IMG/VR virus record: IMGVR_UViG_3300018080_000138
Span: 32,709-96,708 of that record
Direction: 5' to 3' (one strand)
Source: a virus
DNA length: 64,000 nucleotides
Shown here: piece by piece, positions 47,336 to 57,244 of the stretch
How the letters are laid out: every line of letters begins with the position of its first letter
Position numbering within the stretch: position 1 is the stretch's first letter
The notes under the pieces: model-generated
The model's input: only the letters and a program-made list of their open reading frames with translations
Told to the model about the DNA's origin: nothing
The model's database searches: none
Program-made: the position numbers and the translations under genes

Positions 47336-48390
47336 TTGTTACCAGGAACGAATTTAATGAAGGAATTACTAATAAGATAGTTAGTAGTGCACTTACTAAA
47401 AAACGAAGATTGAATTTTTATCTTGAGAAAATAATAGAAAAAAGTTTTAAGAAGGTTTTTAGGCAGTGGAAAAATGATTTTTTAAAATTTTATGAGGATA
47501 ATAATGTAGCTGGATATTTATATGCTATAGCATCAGATAGATTTCCTAATAGACGAATAGAAATAGAAAAAGAATTTCATTTTATCTCTCCTTCCGATAT
47601 AGAGCATTGTACTGACTATGGTTCTCTTCTTTATAATATTGATGTTAATGAGTACCTTAAACATGTGTATGATGATTATCATATACATAATTATGGTATT
47701 GATTTATATACACCATATATTGTAGTAAAGGGAAAAGATCCTATAGTTGAGAATGTTTTTGTAGATTTTTCATTTAATGAAGGCATTCTTTTAAGTGCTT
47801 TTCTTTCAAATGATATATTGGTTGCAAATATGTTTGGTGGGTATTTGCTTAGGTGGTTAAAATTGAATGAAACATTTTCATTACAGAATAAAGAGATTTT
47901 GAGAGCAATTAAAAGTAGAGCAAATAAATTAGTAGGAAGAATATCGGATAGAGTATTTAATGAGATAAAAGATATTATAATGAAAGGTTTTTTTATTGAA
48001 GGAAAACATCCGATATTTTATACGTCAGTTGATGGTAAGAAATTAACACCAATTTCATTAGATATTGAGAAGTACTTAGATGGAAATATAAAAAGATCAA
48101 TAGTTACAGCAAGAACAGAGATAGCGGTAATACAAGGACAAATTTTGTATGAGTTTAATAAAAGAAGTAATATTAATAGACATGGTTGGCTTGCAACTGT
48201 TGGTAAACCTGTATTACCAAGGGAAATGCATCAATTAAACCATAAACATATAGTTACCATTGGTGATCCATTTCCATCCGGGCAATTTTATGTTGGTGAA
48301 GGTAGTGCAAGATTAGTCGTGAATTGTAGGTGTTCTAATTTTTCAGTAGTAGAGGATATTAAGGATATTAAAGCATGGTCAGGATTTTAA
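47332..48390 (+). CDS. head morphogenesis protein (Mu gpF/SPP1 gp7-like)
   Basis: ARTE, R.MH...H, VNCRC; follows portal. Confidence 0.8.
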   Translation: MIVTRNEFNEGITNKIVSSALTKKRRLNFYLEKIIEKSFKKVFRQWKNDFLKFYEDNNVAGYLYAIASDRFPNRRIEIEKEFHFISPSDIEHCTDYGSLLYNIDVNEYLKHVYDDYHIHNYGIDLYTPYIVVKGKDPIVENVFVDFSFNEGILLSAFLSNDILVANMFGGYLLRWLKLNETFSLQNKEILRAIKSRANKLVGRISDRVFNEIKDIIMKGFFIEGKHPIFYTSVDGKKLTPISLDIEKYLDGNIKRSIVTARTEIAVIQGQILYEFNKRSNINRHGWLATVGKPVLPREMHQLNHKHIVTIGDPFPSGQFYVGEGSARLVVNCRCSNFSVVEDIKDIKAWSGF

Positions 48391-48425
48391 TAATAGATTA
48401 ATAGTTTTTTAATTATGGAGGAAAC

Positions 48426-49457
48426 ATGAAACCAATTAGTGGTAAATTCGTATTTGATATTCTAAAGTACTATGCTGCGAAGGATGCAAATGGTACTGAG
48501 GAAAAATGGTACGTTGAAGGGTATGCCGTAACTACTGATCCTGATTATGCGGGTGATCAAATAAGTAAGGAAGCAATAAAGGCAGCTGCAAAAGATTTTA
48601 CTAAGAATTCTACTGTGCTACGAAACCATAATTTGGACGAAGAAATAGGTACAGTTGTAAAGACAAAAGTTGATGAGAAAGGTCTATTTGTTAAGGTACT
48701 CATCTCAAAAACAGTTCCAAATATATGGACAAAAATAACAGAAAAGGTATTGAATAAGTTTTCTGTAAGAATGAAGATTACTGAGGCAGTAAAGACTTAT
48801 AGTAAAAGTCTGAAAAGAATACTTAATGTTGTGAAAAGGATGGAGTTAGTAGAACTTAGTATTGTTTCTGTTGCAATGAACAGTAACGCGAAAGTGACTT
48901 CACATTATGTGTCGAAGATGATACGGGAGTATGAAGATGAAGGAAATTCCGTTGAAGTTGATATAAAGGATGAACATAAAAAGGATGTCGCAAAAATTTT
49001 ATTTGGTTCATTAGTAGATAGGTCAAAGAAGTTGGGTATTGATATTACGGACGCTGTGAAATTGTACTCAAAGAATAAAGATAATGATGCTGGTGGCAGT
49101 GGTTCGGATGCTTTAACAGAGGATACAGTAAATACAATTATTGAGAATAAACTTAAGAATTTTGAAGTATCAGATATTTTAATTAGTAAAATAAAAGAAT
49201 TTGACATTTTTAATGAGTTATCAACGAAAATAAATACTGCGATGGATACACTTACAGGTATTGAACAGAAACTCATATTATATGAGGATTATCCAAAATT
49301 AAAGGAAGAACTTGTGGAGCTTAGGCAGTTATTTGAGAATCTTGGTAGTAGAGTAGGATCAGTTGAGAAAAATGTTGGTATTATTGATACCAGCGACGAT
49401 ACTAATAAGGATGATCCAAAGAAATGGTCAAATGTATTCCCTACTATTATGCAATAA
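48426..49457 (+). CDS. HK97-type prohead protease with a scaffold-like C-terminus
   Basis: VEGYA, LRNH...IG, KGLFV, FSV, LVELSIVSVAMN. Confidence 0.88.
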   Translation: MKPISGKFVFDILKYYAAKDANGTEEKWYVEGYAVTTDPDYAGDQISKEAIKAAAKDFTKNSTVLRNHNLDEEIGTVVKTKVDEKGLFVKVLISKTVPNIWTKITEKVLNKFSVRMKITEAVKTYSKSLKRILNVVKRMELVELSIVSVAMNSNAKVTSHYVSKMIREYEDEGNSVEVDIKDEHKKDVAKILFGSLVDRSKKLGIDITDAVKLYSKNKDNDAGGSGSDALTEDTVNTIIENKLKNFEVSDILISKIKEFDIFNELSTKINTAMDTLTGIEQKLILYEDYPKLKEELVELRQLFENLGSRVGSVEKNVGIIDTSDDTNKDDPKKWSNVFPTIMQ

Positions 49458-49469
49458 AGGAGTAAAAAG

Positions 49470-50558
49470 ATGAAACAGGGATTGGATGAAATAAATGAAT
49501 TAATTAAAAAGGCAATTGATACTTCATTAATCGCTTCCGGTGGTGAGATGAATCCAGAGCAGGCCGATGAGTTTATAGACCTTGTTGTAGATGAGAGTGT
49601 TCTTTTACAGAATGGTGTTAGGGTTCATAGAACTAATAATCCAAAGGGTGAGATAGATAAATTAAATATTGGTGAGCCTGTAACAGAATATGCCGCTGAG
49701 TCCGGTGAAAATATTGTTGTTTATTCGAGTACACCAACAAATGCGCAAGGATATTTGTATGATCCGACATTTGATAAAATAGAATATACTGTGGTGAAAA
49801 CACGTTCAGCGTTTAACATCACAAAGGAAGCAACACAAAGTAATATTGAGAAAGAAAAACTTCGTGATACATTAGTTTCGTCTTTCGCTAAAAGAATGGG
49901 AACGGATTTAGAATTACTCGCATTAATGGGTGATCCTACAACTTATGCTGCGTCCTTTTCTAAAATTGGAAGGTTATTAAAATCTAATGTCGGTTGGTAT
50001 CGAATTATGAAAGGTGATTTAGCGCCTAATCCGGCTGCGGCACATATAATTAATGTTGGTGGGTATAATGTCAGTAAATATTTATTTTCTGAGATGATAA
50101 AGACATTGCCAAAGAAGTATTTAATGTCTTTTGATGATTTTAGATTTTTTGTGTCACCAACAATACATCAAAATTATTTAGAACAGCTTGGTGAGCGTTC
50201 AACTAATCTTGGTGATGCAGCACTTTCTGGAAAAATAGACCTTACAGCATGGGCAGTTCCGATAGTACGTGTTCCATTAATTAGTGAGACATTAGAAGGA
50301 TGTACTGATGGAACAACAGAATTGGATGATGCAACATTTATATTTTTAACTGTTCCGGAGAACTTAATTTTTGTCATGCTTAGATTATTTGATATTTATT
50401 GGGAGTTTAAACCAAGAAGTGATCGTTGGGAAAATACAACATATTCGCAGACGGATTTTCAGATTGAAAATACTGATATGGTTGTCTTGGCAGACTGTGT
50501 TGACCCGACAAGCTGTAATATATATAATCCATGTAATCGTTCGTTAACAAGAATTTAA
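49470..50558 (+). CDS. major capsid protein
   Basis: GGEMNPEQADEFID, NIE, LPKKY, LTVPENL; position after protease; RBS AAGGAG. Confidence 0.9.
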   Translation: MKQGLDEINELIKKAIDTSLIASGGEMNPEQADEFIDLVVDESVLLQNGVRVHRTNNPKGEIDKLNIGEPVTEYAAESGENIVVYSSTPTNAQGYLYDPTFDKIEYTVVKTRSAFNITKEATQSNIEKEKLRDTLVSSFAKRMGTDLELLALMGDPTTYAASFSKIGRLLKSNVGWYRIMKGDLAPNPAAAHIINVGGYNVSKYLFSEMIKTLPKKYLMSFDDFRFFVSPTIHQNYLEQLGERSTNLGDAALSGKIDLTAWAVPIVRVPLISETLEGCTDGTTELDDATFIFLTVPENLIFVMLRLFDIYWEFKPRSDRWENTTYSQTDFQIENTDMVVLADCVDPTSCNIYNPCNRSLTRI

Positions 50559-50576
50559 TTTAATTTAATAGAATTG

Positions 50577-50617
50577 AAGATAGTAGGTGCAATGTAGTAA
50601 TACACACCTACTATCTT
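50577..50617 (+). terminator. strong hairpin after the capsid gene (terminator, attenuator or mRNA stabiliser)
   Basis: 13-bp perfect stem AAGATAGTAGGTG/CACCTACTATCTT; no long U-tract. Confidence 0.6.
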
Positions 50618-50639
50618 AAAATTATAAAGGATAGTTTTT

Positions 50640-51833
50640 ATGGAAAGATATATTAAGCTAACAAATGCACGAAGTATTACAATAGATTTGTTTGGAGTTA
50701 CGAGAAAGTTTAGACAGGGTATTTGTTCGTTAGTTAGTGAAAGAGAATACTCTTATTTAATGCAAAATCAGTATGGAGTCCTTTTTACTGAGGTAAAGAA
50801 GAATGTCTTTGATGGTCAAGATAAAAAAATATATGATTTTGAGATGCTACAGTTTAATTCCCATAAAGAAATATTAAGTAGAAGAAATAAGGTAAAGAAG
50901 ATAGATATGAGTAGTTTGAAGGATAATAGAATATTGTTCGTTAGACCTGGTGGAATAGGTGATATTCTTTATACATTTTGCGTTGCTTCATATATTAAAA
51001 GTATAGAGAGTTCTGTGCGAATAGCATTGGCATCGGGAAAAAAATATCTAAAACTTTTACCTTTTACCAGGTCAATAGATTGGGGACTTGAGTATAATGG
51101 AAATATCTCAAGTGAAGAATTTGATCAGGTAGCAAGTTTTATTGGTGCGGTTGAAGCTAACAAGAAGGCAGAAAAATTACATTATGTCGATGCTTATTAT
51201 GATTGGTTAGGGATTGATTATAACAGTGTCCCGGAAGAATATAAAGTACCAAAATTATTTTTAACGGATACTGCGAAAAAAATTGCAGATGAGATATGGG
51301 AAAGATGGAGTCTGGATAAGCACATTACAATAGGACTTGCGTTACGTGCAAGTTCAAAGCTTAGATCATGGCATCCTGAGTATAATAAAAAACTTGCGTT
51401 GGCATTTGCTAAAAGGGGCATAAAAGTGTTATTATTTGATAGTATATCAACTCTTGAGTTTGGTGGGAAAAATATACTGTCATATTGTGGAAATCTTGGA
51501 TTAGAAGGATTAGTTGGCTGTGTTTCAAAACTTGACTTATTAATTGCGCCGGATACGGGGTTATTACATATTGCTGGTAGTTTAGGAATTCCTGCTGTTG
51601 GAATATACTCATCATTTAATCCTGAGTTGAGAGTAAGTAAGTATAAAAATGTTTTATATACAAAACCATCATTTAAGTGTGCACCATGTTATCATCATAT
51701 TGAGTCACAGTGTAAAAGTAAATCACTGGGTGATAACCCACCTTGTATGACGGGTATAACACCAAAAGAAGTATTTTTATTGGCAAGAAAATTAATACAT
51801 AATACAAGAAAGATTGATATTGCAAGACTTTAG
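50640..51833 (+). CDS. GT9 glycosyltransferase with an N-terminal YqbF-like domain
   Basis: RPGGIGDIL, LRSW, APDTGLLHIAGSLGIP, CAPC; N-terminal KL...G..F..G...V....Y.YL..N...F. Confidence 0.85.
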   Translation: MERYIKLTNARSITIDLFGVTRKFRQGICSLVSEREYSYLMQNQYGVLFTEVKKNVFDGQDKKIYDFEMLQFNSHKEILSRRNKVKKIDMSSLKDNRILFVRPGGIGDILYTFCVASYIKSIESSVRIALASGKKYLKLLPFTRSIDWGLEYNGNISSEEFDQVASFIGAVEANKKAEKLHYVDAYYDWLGIDYNSVPEEYKVPKLFLTDTAKKIADEIWERWSLDKHITIGLALRASSKLRSWHPEYNKKLALAFAKRGIKVLLFDSISTLEFGGKNILSYCGNLGLEGLVGCVSKLDLLIAPDTGLLHIAGSLGIPAVGIYSSFNPELRVSKYKNVLYTKPSFKCAPCYHHIESQCKSKSLGDNPPCMTGITPKEVFLLARKLIHNTRKIDIARL

Positions 51834-52506
51834 TAGTATATGCATTGTTATCCCGTACTATAATGCATTAACATATCTTAATAATGCAGTAAATAGTATT
51901 ATTGAAACCACAAATAATTCCATAAATATTTTAATAGTTGATAATAACTCAGATAAACCTTTTTCAGTTAAAGGAAGAAAGATAGAAGTTATTAGAAATG
52001 TTAATAATTTAGGTTTTACAAAGGCAATTAACCAAGGGATAAAGTTATATAGGAATTGTGATATAATTCCTTTTAACTCAGATAGCATTGCATTACCAAA
52101 TTGGATTGAGAATTTATATATAGCAGCATATTCAAGAAATAAGGTTGCTTTGGTGTGTCCAAGACACATTATTGGTAATGGTGTAAAGAAGAATACGGCA
52201 ATAAATAATTTAACATCTCCACAACCATTTTATGATAAAAATGGTTATCGACTAATGCGATGGGCAGGTTTTACATGTGTTTATATAAAAAGAAGTGCAT
52301 TAGAGGATGTTGGATTATTAGATGAGAAGTATTGGCACTTTTCATCAGATGAGGAATGGTGTAATAGAGCACGGATGAAAAACTGGAGTATTATTTATTG
52401 TAATACTGCAAGTGTTAAACATATAGGCGGTGTATCATATAACATACTTAAAAAAAGATCACCAAAGATTGTGCAGAATAAAATAGATAAAGGACTTAGA
52501 CTATAA
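51814..52506 (+). CDS. GT2 glycosyltransferase
   Basis: IVIPYYN, VDNNS, NLGF..AINQG, NSD, GLLDE. Confidence 0.9.
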   Translation: MILQDFSSICIVIPYYNALTYLNNAVNSIIETTNNSINILIVDNNSDKPFSVKGRKIEVIRNVNNLGFTKAINQGIKLYRNCDIIPFNSDSIALPNWIENLYIAAYSRNKVALVCPRHIIGNGVKKNTAINNLTSPQPFYDKNGYRLMRWAGFTCVYIKRSALEDVGLLDEKYWHFSSDEEWCNRARMKNWSIIYCNTASVKHIGGVSYNILKKRSPKIVQNKIDKGLRL

Positions 52507-52516
52507 TAGGTAGACT

Positions 52517-53233
52517 ATGAGAGAAAAAAAGATGGACGTTGCAATAGTTATACCATCAGCAGGTGGTGAGAGTACCTTAAGAAGGTGCGTGGAGAGTATT
52601 ATACGAAATACTAAGACACCATATAAAATTTTTATAGTAGATCAAGGAGAATTAGGTTGCTCATCCTATTGTTGTTTTTTAGAAAAAAAATATTCTAATA
52701 TCTTTATCCATTATAATAGTAAGAATGAACCTGGATCAAAAGGGTATAATAGAGGGATAAAGTCAGCCTATATAAAAAGTAATTTTACTCATCTTTGTTT
52801 TTTAGATGACGATATATTGGTATTAAAACCTGGGTGGTTAAGTACGTTGGTTGATGGTATGGATACTGATCCGGGTGTTGGTATAATAGGATATGAGATG
52901 TGTAGTACAATACCCCCAAATCTTGGTGGTTATGTTTTAGAATTTATGAGCTGTTGTATGCTTTGTAGTAGAGAGTTGATCGATACAATAGGCTTAATGG
53001 ATGAATCATTATTATGGCATTGTAATGACTCAGATTATTGCCGTCGGGCATGGCAAAATGATTTTAAGGTAAAGGTATTGTATGCTAATGATAATAAAGA
53101 TATGAGCAATGATTTTTTATATCACTCACACCAAGTAGGAACAAAAAGGTGTGAGGGGGAAAAATTATTGAGAGAAAAAACGTATAAGGTATTTGAGAAA
53201 AAATGGAATAATGTAATTATAGAAGCATTATGA
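52517..53233 (+). CDS. GT2 glycosyltransferase
   Basis: IVIP, IVDQG, FLDDD, IGLMDE, DSDYC. Confidence 0.9.
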   Translation: MREKKMDVAIVIPSAGGESTLRRCVESIIRNTKTPYKIFIVDQGELGCSSYCCFLEKKYSNIFIHYNSKNEPGSKGYNRGIKSAYIKSNFTHLCFLDDDILVLKPGWLSTLVDGMDTDPGVGIIGYEMCSTIPPNLGGYVLEFMSCCMLCSRELIDTIGLMDESLLWHCNDSDYCRRAWQNDFKVKVLYANDNKDMSNDFLYHSHQVGTKRCEGEKLLREKTYKVFEKKWNNVIIEAL

Positions 53234-53300
53234 AAAGATATTAGGATATATGATTTAGGATGGAAGTTAGGAGTTAATTTTATATTTTAGAAGGTGAAGA

Positions 53301-53540
53301 ATGCCGTATAGTTACCCAAAGAATATACCAGTATGGGTTAAGGATTTACCAAAGAATGCACAGAAGATAGCAATAAGAGTATTTAATAAGGTTTATAAAA
53401 AAACAAAAGATGAAGATAAGGCAAGACAAGCTGCATGGTCGGCAATAAAAGAAAAATATAAAAAGAATAAAAAAGGAATATGGATAAAGAAAATTTTAAG
53501 AAATGTGTTTTGGATACCAATTACCAATGATGGAGAATAA
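53301..53540 (+). CDS. ChaB-family protein
   Basis: MPY...P..V..LP..AQ.I....FN...A.QAAWSAIK..YKK. Confidence 0.85.
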   Translation: MPYSYPKNIPVWVKDLPKNAQKIAIRVFNKVYKKTKDEDKARQAAWSAIKEKYKKNKKGIWIKKILRNVFWIPITNDGE

Positions 53541-53541
53541 A

Positions 53542-53994
53542 ATGTATGTTTGTGCAAGTTGTCGTACAGGATATAGATATATTGATGTTGCAACGTGTTT
53601 AAAGTGCACAAGTCCTGTGCTCCCTGAGTATTTTAAGTATTATGAATCTGTATTAGATGAAATTAATGAGGTAACGAAGTCGTTTGGTATAATTTCAGCC
53701 AAAAAATTAGCTGTAGTATTAAAAAATATCTATGATGATAGTTTAGATGAATCCATAGATATTAGTGTTACTGGTGTTCGACTTGTACAGACATTAAAGA
53801 GGTATGTAGTTAATGATTATTTGAATAAAAAGGATAAAACCGCTGTAAGATTTGCGATTGTTTCGTTATCAAGGATAATGTTGAAGTATCAATTTAATAC
53901 AATACCTAAGAAGAAGTTATTGAATAAATGTCATAGTGTATTAGCATTAGCGATAACATTAGAATTAAAGAAAGCAAAAAAGAGATTTTATTGA
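53542..53994 (+). CDS. zinc-ribbon-containing hypothetical protein
   Basis: CASC...CLKC. Confidence 0.5.
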   Translation: MYVCASCRTGYRYIDVATCLKCTSPVLPEYFKYYESVLDEINEVTKSFGIISAKKLAVVLKNIYDDSLDESIDISVTGVRLVQTLKRYVVNDYLNKKDKTAVRFAIVSLSRIMLKYQFNTIPKKKLLNKCHSVLALAITLELKKAKKRFY

Positions 53995-55058
53995 TGAAAA
54001 TAATGCATATCGGTGGTTCACATAGCTTGCATGTTAAAGATATAGTATGTGAACTTAAAAAATTAGGTTATCAACAAACAATAGTATCTTATCGTAATAC
54101 TAAGATGACATGTCAAGATATAGAAACGTATTATTATAATTATACCAGGTATAATACAAAGTGGTGGAAAGATATTAATCTGAGAAATTTTATGGTTAAA
54201 TTACTTGTCGATAAAAGGCCAGATGTTGTTCATGGTCATTCATTAACCTATGCTTGTATTCCGACATGGATAGCGGCGGAGTTAGGTTACAAAACTTGTA
54301 TTACACCATGGAGTATTGACTCAATAATACATGAGAGAAGACGTTCAAAATTTTATGAGACAAAGTGTCTAAAAACTATCTCAGGATTTTTATATCCTTT
54401 ATCGTGTAAGCTATTTCAGAATTTTTATAGTGTTAAGTTGACACATAAGCAAGTTATATTTAGATCATTAGTTGATTTATCATTTAAGTCAAAGATAAGT
54501 GCTGATCCCGTAATTTTAGCACCACGTCCAACAACTGAAAATTATTACCAAGAATTTTTGATAAGATCAATACCTTATTTAAGAAAGATAAAAAATAATT
54601 TGTTAGTTATTTTTTTAATTGGTCAGTCAAGATCAGCAGGTTTGTCGTATATGAATAAACTAAAAAAAATTGCAAAGCAGAAGGATGTATTAAATAATTG
54701 TATTTTTATAGATAAAACTATGACCAGAAGATGGTTAGTAGATAAGATATGTGATTCAGCAATAGTATACTCAGTTGCTAAACATGATTCAGGATTTTCG
54801 GGTGTAACACTTCAGGCACTTGTGGCAGGTAAGGTTGTAGTAACACAAAAGACTAAGCAAAATGAGTTTTTAGATGGTAGGTGCCTAAGAGTGGACTTAA
54901 ATTTTAATGATATTAAAAATGCTCTTTTATATGCCGTTAGTAATTATGTCTCATCACAAACATTTTATATGAGAAAAAATAAAGATTTAAAAAGATATGA
55001 TAAAGAACAGATGATTAAGAATTTAGTAGGATTTTATAATGGAAGTTTACCTAAATAA
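53991..55058 (+). CDS. GT4 glycosyltransferase
   Basis: KIMHI, RPDVVHGH, FSGVTLQALVAGKVVV. Confidence 0.75.
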   Translation: MMKIMHIGGSHSLHVKDIVCELKKLGYQQTIVSYRNTKMTCQDIETYYYNYTRYNTKWWKDINLRNFMVKLLVDKRPDVVHGHSLTYACIPTWIAAELGYKTCITPWSIDSIIHERRRSKFYETKCLKTISGFLYPLSCKLFQNFYSVKLTHKQVIFRSLVDLSFKSKISADPVILAPRPTTENYYQEFLIRSIPYLRKIKNNLLVIFLIGQSRSAGLSYMNKLKKIAKQKDVLNNCIFIDKTMTRRWLVDKICDSAIVYSVAKHDSGFSGVTLQALVAGKVVVTQKTKQNEFLDGRCLRVDLNFNDIKNALLYAVSNYVSSQTFYMRKNKDLKRYDKEQMIKNLVGFYNGSLPK

Positions 55059-55539
55059 CATTTGTAGTAAGCATATGACATATTTTCTTGATCTGAATAA
55101 TTTTGAAGAAAATAGAATGTTATTAATGAGAAAAAGAAAACTTAGTAGGGATTGGTTCAATAGATATATAAATAACTTGGCATTGTATATAGAGTATGGT
55201 TTTTCAATAGTTGCTGATGGAAATGTTTCTGGGTTTTGTGGGATATTTGATATTAGTATAGATGCAAAAAATGCATGGATTTGGATATTGATAGATAAAA
55301 AGCAAAGAAGAAAAAGAATTGGTATTGCAGCATTACGTAAATTATTATTTTTTTCATTTGATATATATGGATTTAAAATAGTATATTTAAAGGTGCTTAG
55401 TAATAATACTCCGGCGATAGATTTGTATAAATCAGTTGGGTTTGCTGTTGTTGGAAAATTAACTGATAATTTCGTTTATAAAAATAGTTTAGTCGATACA
55501 TTGATAATGGAATTGCAGTCAATTGATTATAGTAGTTAA
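55039..55539 (+). CDS. GNAT acetyltransferase (RimJ/PseH-like)
   Basis: QRRKRIG, VLSNNTPAIDLYKSVGF. Confidence 0.85.
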   Translation: MEVYLNNICSKHMTYFLDLNNFEENRMLLMRKRKLSRDWFNRYINNLALYIEYGFSIVADGNVSGFCGIFDISIDAKNAWIWILIDKKQRRKRIGIAALRKLLFFSFDIYGFKIVYLKVLSNNTPAIDLYKSVGFAVVGKLTDNFVYKNSLVDTLIMELQSIDYSS

Positions 55540-55556
55540 TTTAATATGGGTATTAT

Positions 55557-56444
55557 ATGAGAAAATTAACAAACATTGATACTGAGTTTCCAAAAGTTAT
55601 TTTAATAGATAATTTTTCTGGATGTAATTTAAAATGCTCAATATGTGACCATAAAAATATTACCAGGTATAGAAAAGTTGAAAGGATGAAGTTAACCCTG
55701 TTTTCTAAGATAATTAATGAAATTTCGGATATAGATAAAGATACAAGAGTATGGATGATTTATTTTGGTGATCCATTTTTATGTTATGATATGCCTGAAA
55801 GAATAAGGTATGCAAAGAAAGAAGGATTGACCGATGTTGTTTTAAATACTAATGGTGTCGCGTTGACTACATCTAAAGCAATTGATTATATAAATGCTGG
55901 ACTGGATACATTATATGTTGGTATTGATGCATTTTTACCATTAACTTATAAAAAAATACGGGTTGGTGGTGATTATATGTTAGTGGTAAGAAATGTACTT
56001 GAGTATAGAGATTTATTGGAGGAGTATGGAACTGGCACACAAAAACTTTATGTTCAGTTTGTTGAGACATCTCTTAATATTGGTGAGAAGGATAGATTTT
56101 GTGCATTTTGGAAAGAATTTGGTGTTGCTGTAAAGGTAAGACCAATGGTGTCGTGGGGCGGGCTTATAGCAAATGGTATTAAACCTTTAAAGGATAGAGT
56201 ACCATGTGGTTGGGTAATGGATACATTACCAATTCTTTCTGATGGTAGAGTAGCCGCATGTGCTACAGATGTTCATGGACGATTGATACTTGGTAATATA
56301 AAGAATAAAACAATTAGGGAAATATGGAATGGTAGTCATAAATTAGTAAGAAAATTGCATTATAATAAATATTGGGATAAGTTACCAAGATTGTGCAAAA
56401 AATGTACAGATTGGAATAGTTATAGTAGTGAGGTAGTTGAGTGA
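55557..56444 (+). CDS. radical SAM/SPASM protein
   Basis: CNLKCSIC, GDPF, NTNG; C-terminal C...DGRV..C..D...C..C. Confidence 0.9.
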   Translation: MRKLTNIDTEFPKVILIDNFSGCNLKCSICDHKNITRYRKVERMKLTLFSKIINEISDIDKDTRVWMIYFGDPFLCYDMPERIRYAKKEGLTDVVLNTNGVALTTSKAIDYINAGLDTLYVGIDAFLPLTYKKIRVGGDYMLVVRNVLEYRDLLEEYGTGTQKLYVQFVETSLNIGEKDRFCAFWKEFGVAVKVRPMVSWGGLIANGIKPLKDRVPCGWVMDTLPILSDGRVAACATDVHGRLILGNIKNKTIREIWNGSHKLVRKLHYNKYWDKLPRLCKKCTDWNSYSSEVVE

Positions 56445-56524
56445 TACCGCATTAGAACAACTAACAATAAAAAGGTTGAATTCCAAGTAATTTTTGAAAT
56501 TAAGTATATTTTTAGGAGAATTAG

Positions 56525-57244
56525 ATGAGGATAGGGATATTACAGCCTGGGTATTTGCCATGGCTTGGATTTTTTGATCAAATGGATAAAGTCGATTTAT
56601 TTATTCTTTTGGATACTGTCCAGTATACAAAAAATGACTGGAGAAACCGTAATAGAATTAAAACTTTTCAAGGTATGCAGTGGTTAACTGTGCCAATATC
56701 TTTTAAGCTTGGTGATACAATAGCAGAGGCATTAGTTGTTGATTCTAATTGGAGAAGAAAACATTTGAGAGCGTTAGAACTTAATTATGGTAGTGCAAAA
56801 TATTTTGATTGGTTATTTCCGGATTTGAAGATACTTTTACAAGCAAGATGGACATCGTTAAGTAAATTAAATTTTATGTTATTATCATTTTTAAAGAAAA
56901 AATTGAGTATCAGTACGAAATTGGTTTTAATGTCGTATTATATCGATAACAAAGCAAGCATACATACTTATATTACTGATAAAAGTAAAGATATTAAACC
57001 AAATATGAGATTGGTTAATATTTGTAAGGAGTTTGGTGCAACAGAGTTTTTAGAAGGAAAAAGTGGTTGTAATTATATGGATATAAAGTTATTTGAAAAA
57101 AATGGTATACATGTAGAATTTCATGATTTTAAGCATCCGGTATATCCACAGTTACATGGTGAGTTTATACCATATTTATCAATAGTAGATTTATTATTTA
57201 ATTGTGGTGATAAGTCATTATATTATCTAAGAGGAAATAGATGA
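56525..57244 (+). CDS. WbqC-family protein (putative sugar N-aminoacyl/glycyl transferase)
   Basis: QPGYLPWLGFF, QY..NDWRNRNRI, WLTVP, YPQ, LSIVDLLFN. Confidence 0.92.
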   Translation: MRIGILQPGYLPWLGFFDQMDKVDLFILLDTVQYTKNDWRNRNRIKTFQGMQWLTVPISFKLGDTIAEALVVDSNWRRKHLRALELNYGSAKYFDWLFPDLKILLQARWTSLSKLNFMLLSFLKKKLSISTKLVLMSYYIDNKASIHTYITDKSKDIKPNMRLVNICKEFGATEFLEGKSGCNYMDIKLFEKNGIHVEFHDFKHPVYPQLHGEFIPYLSIVDLLFNCGDKSLYYLRGNR

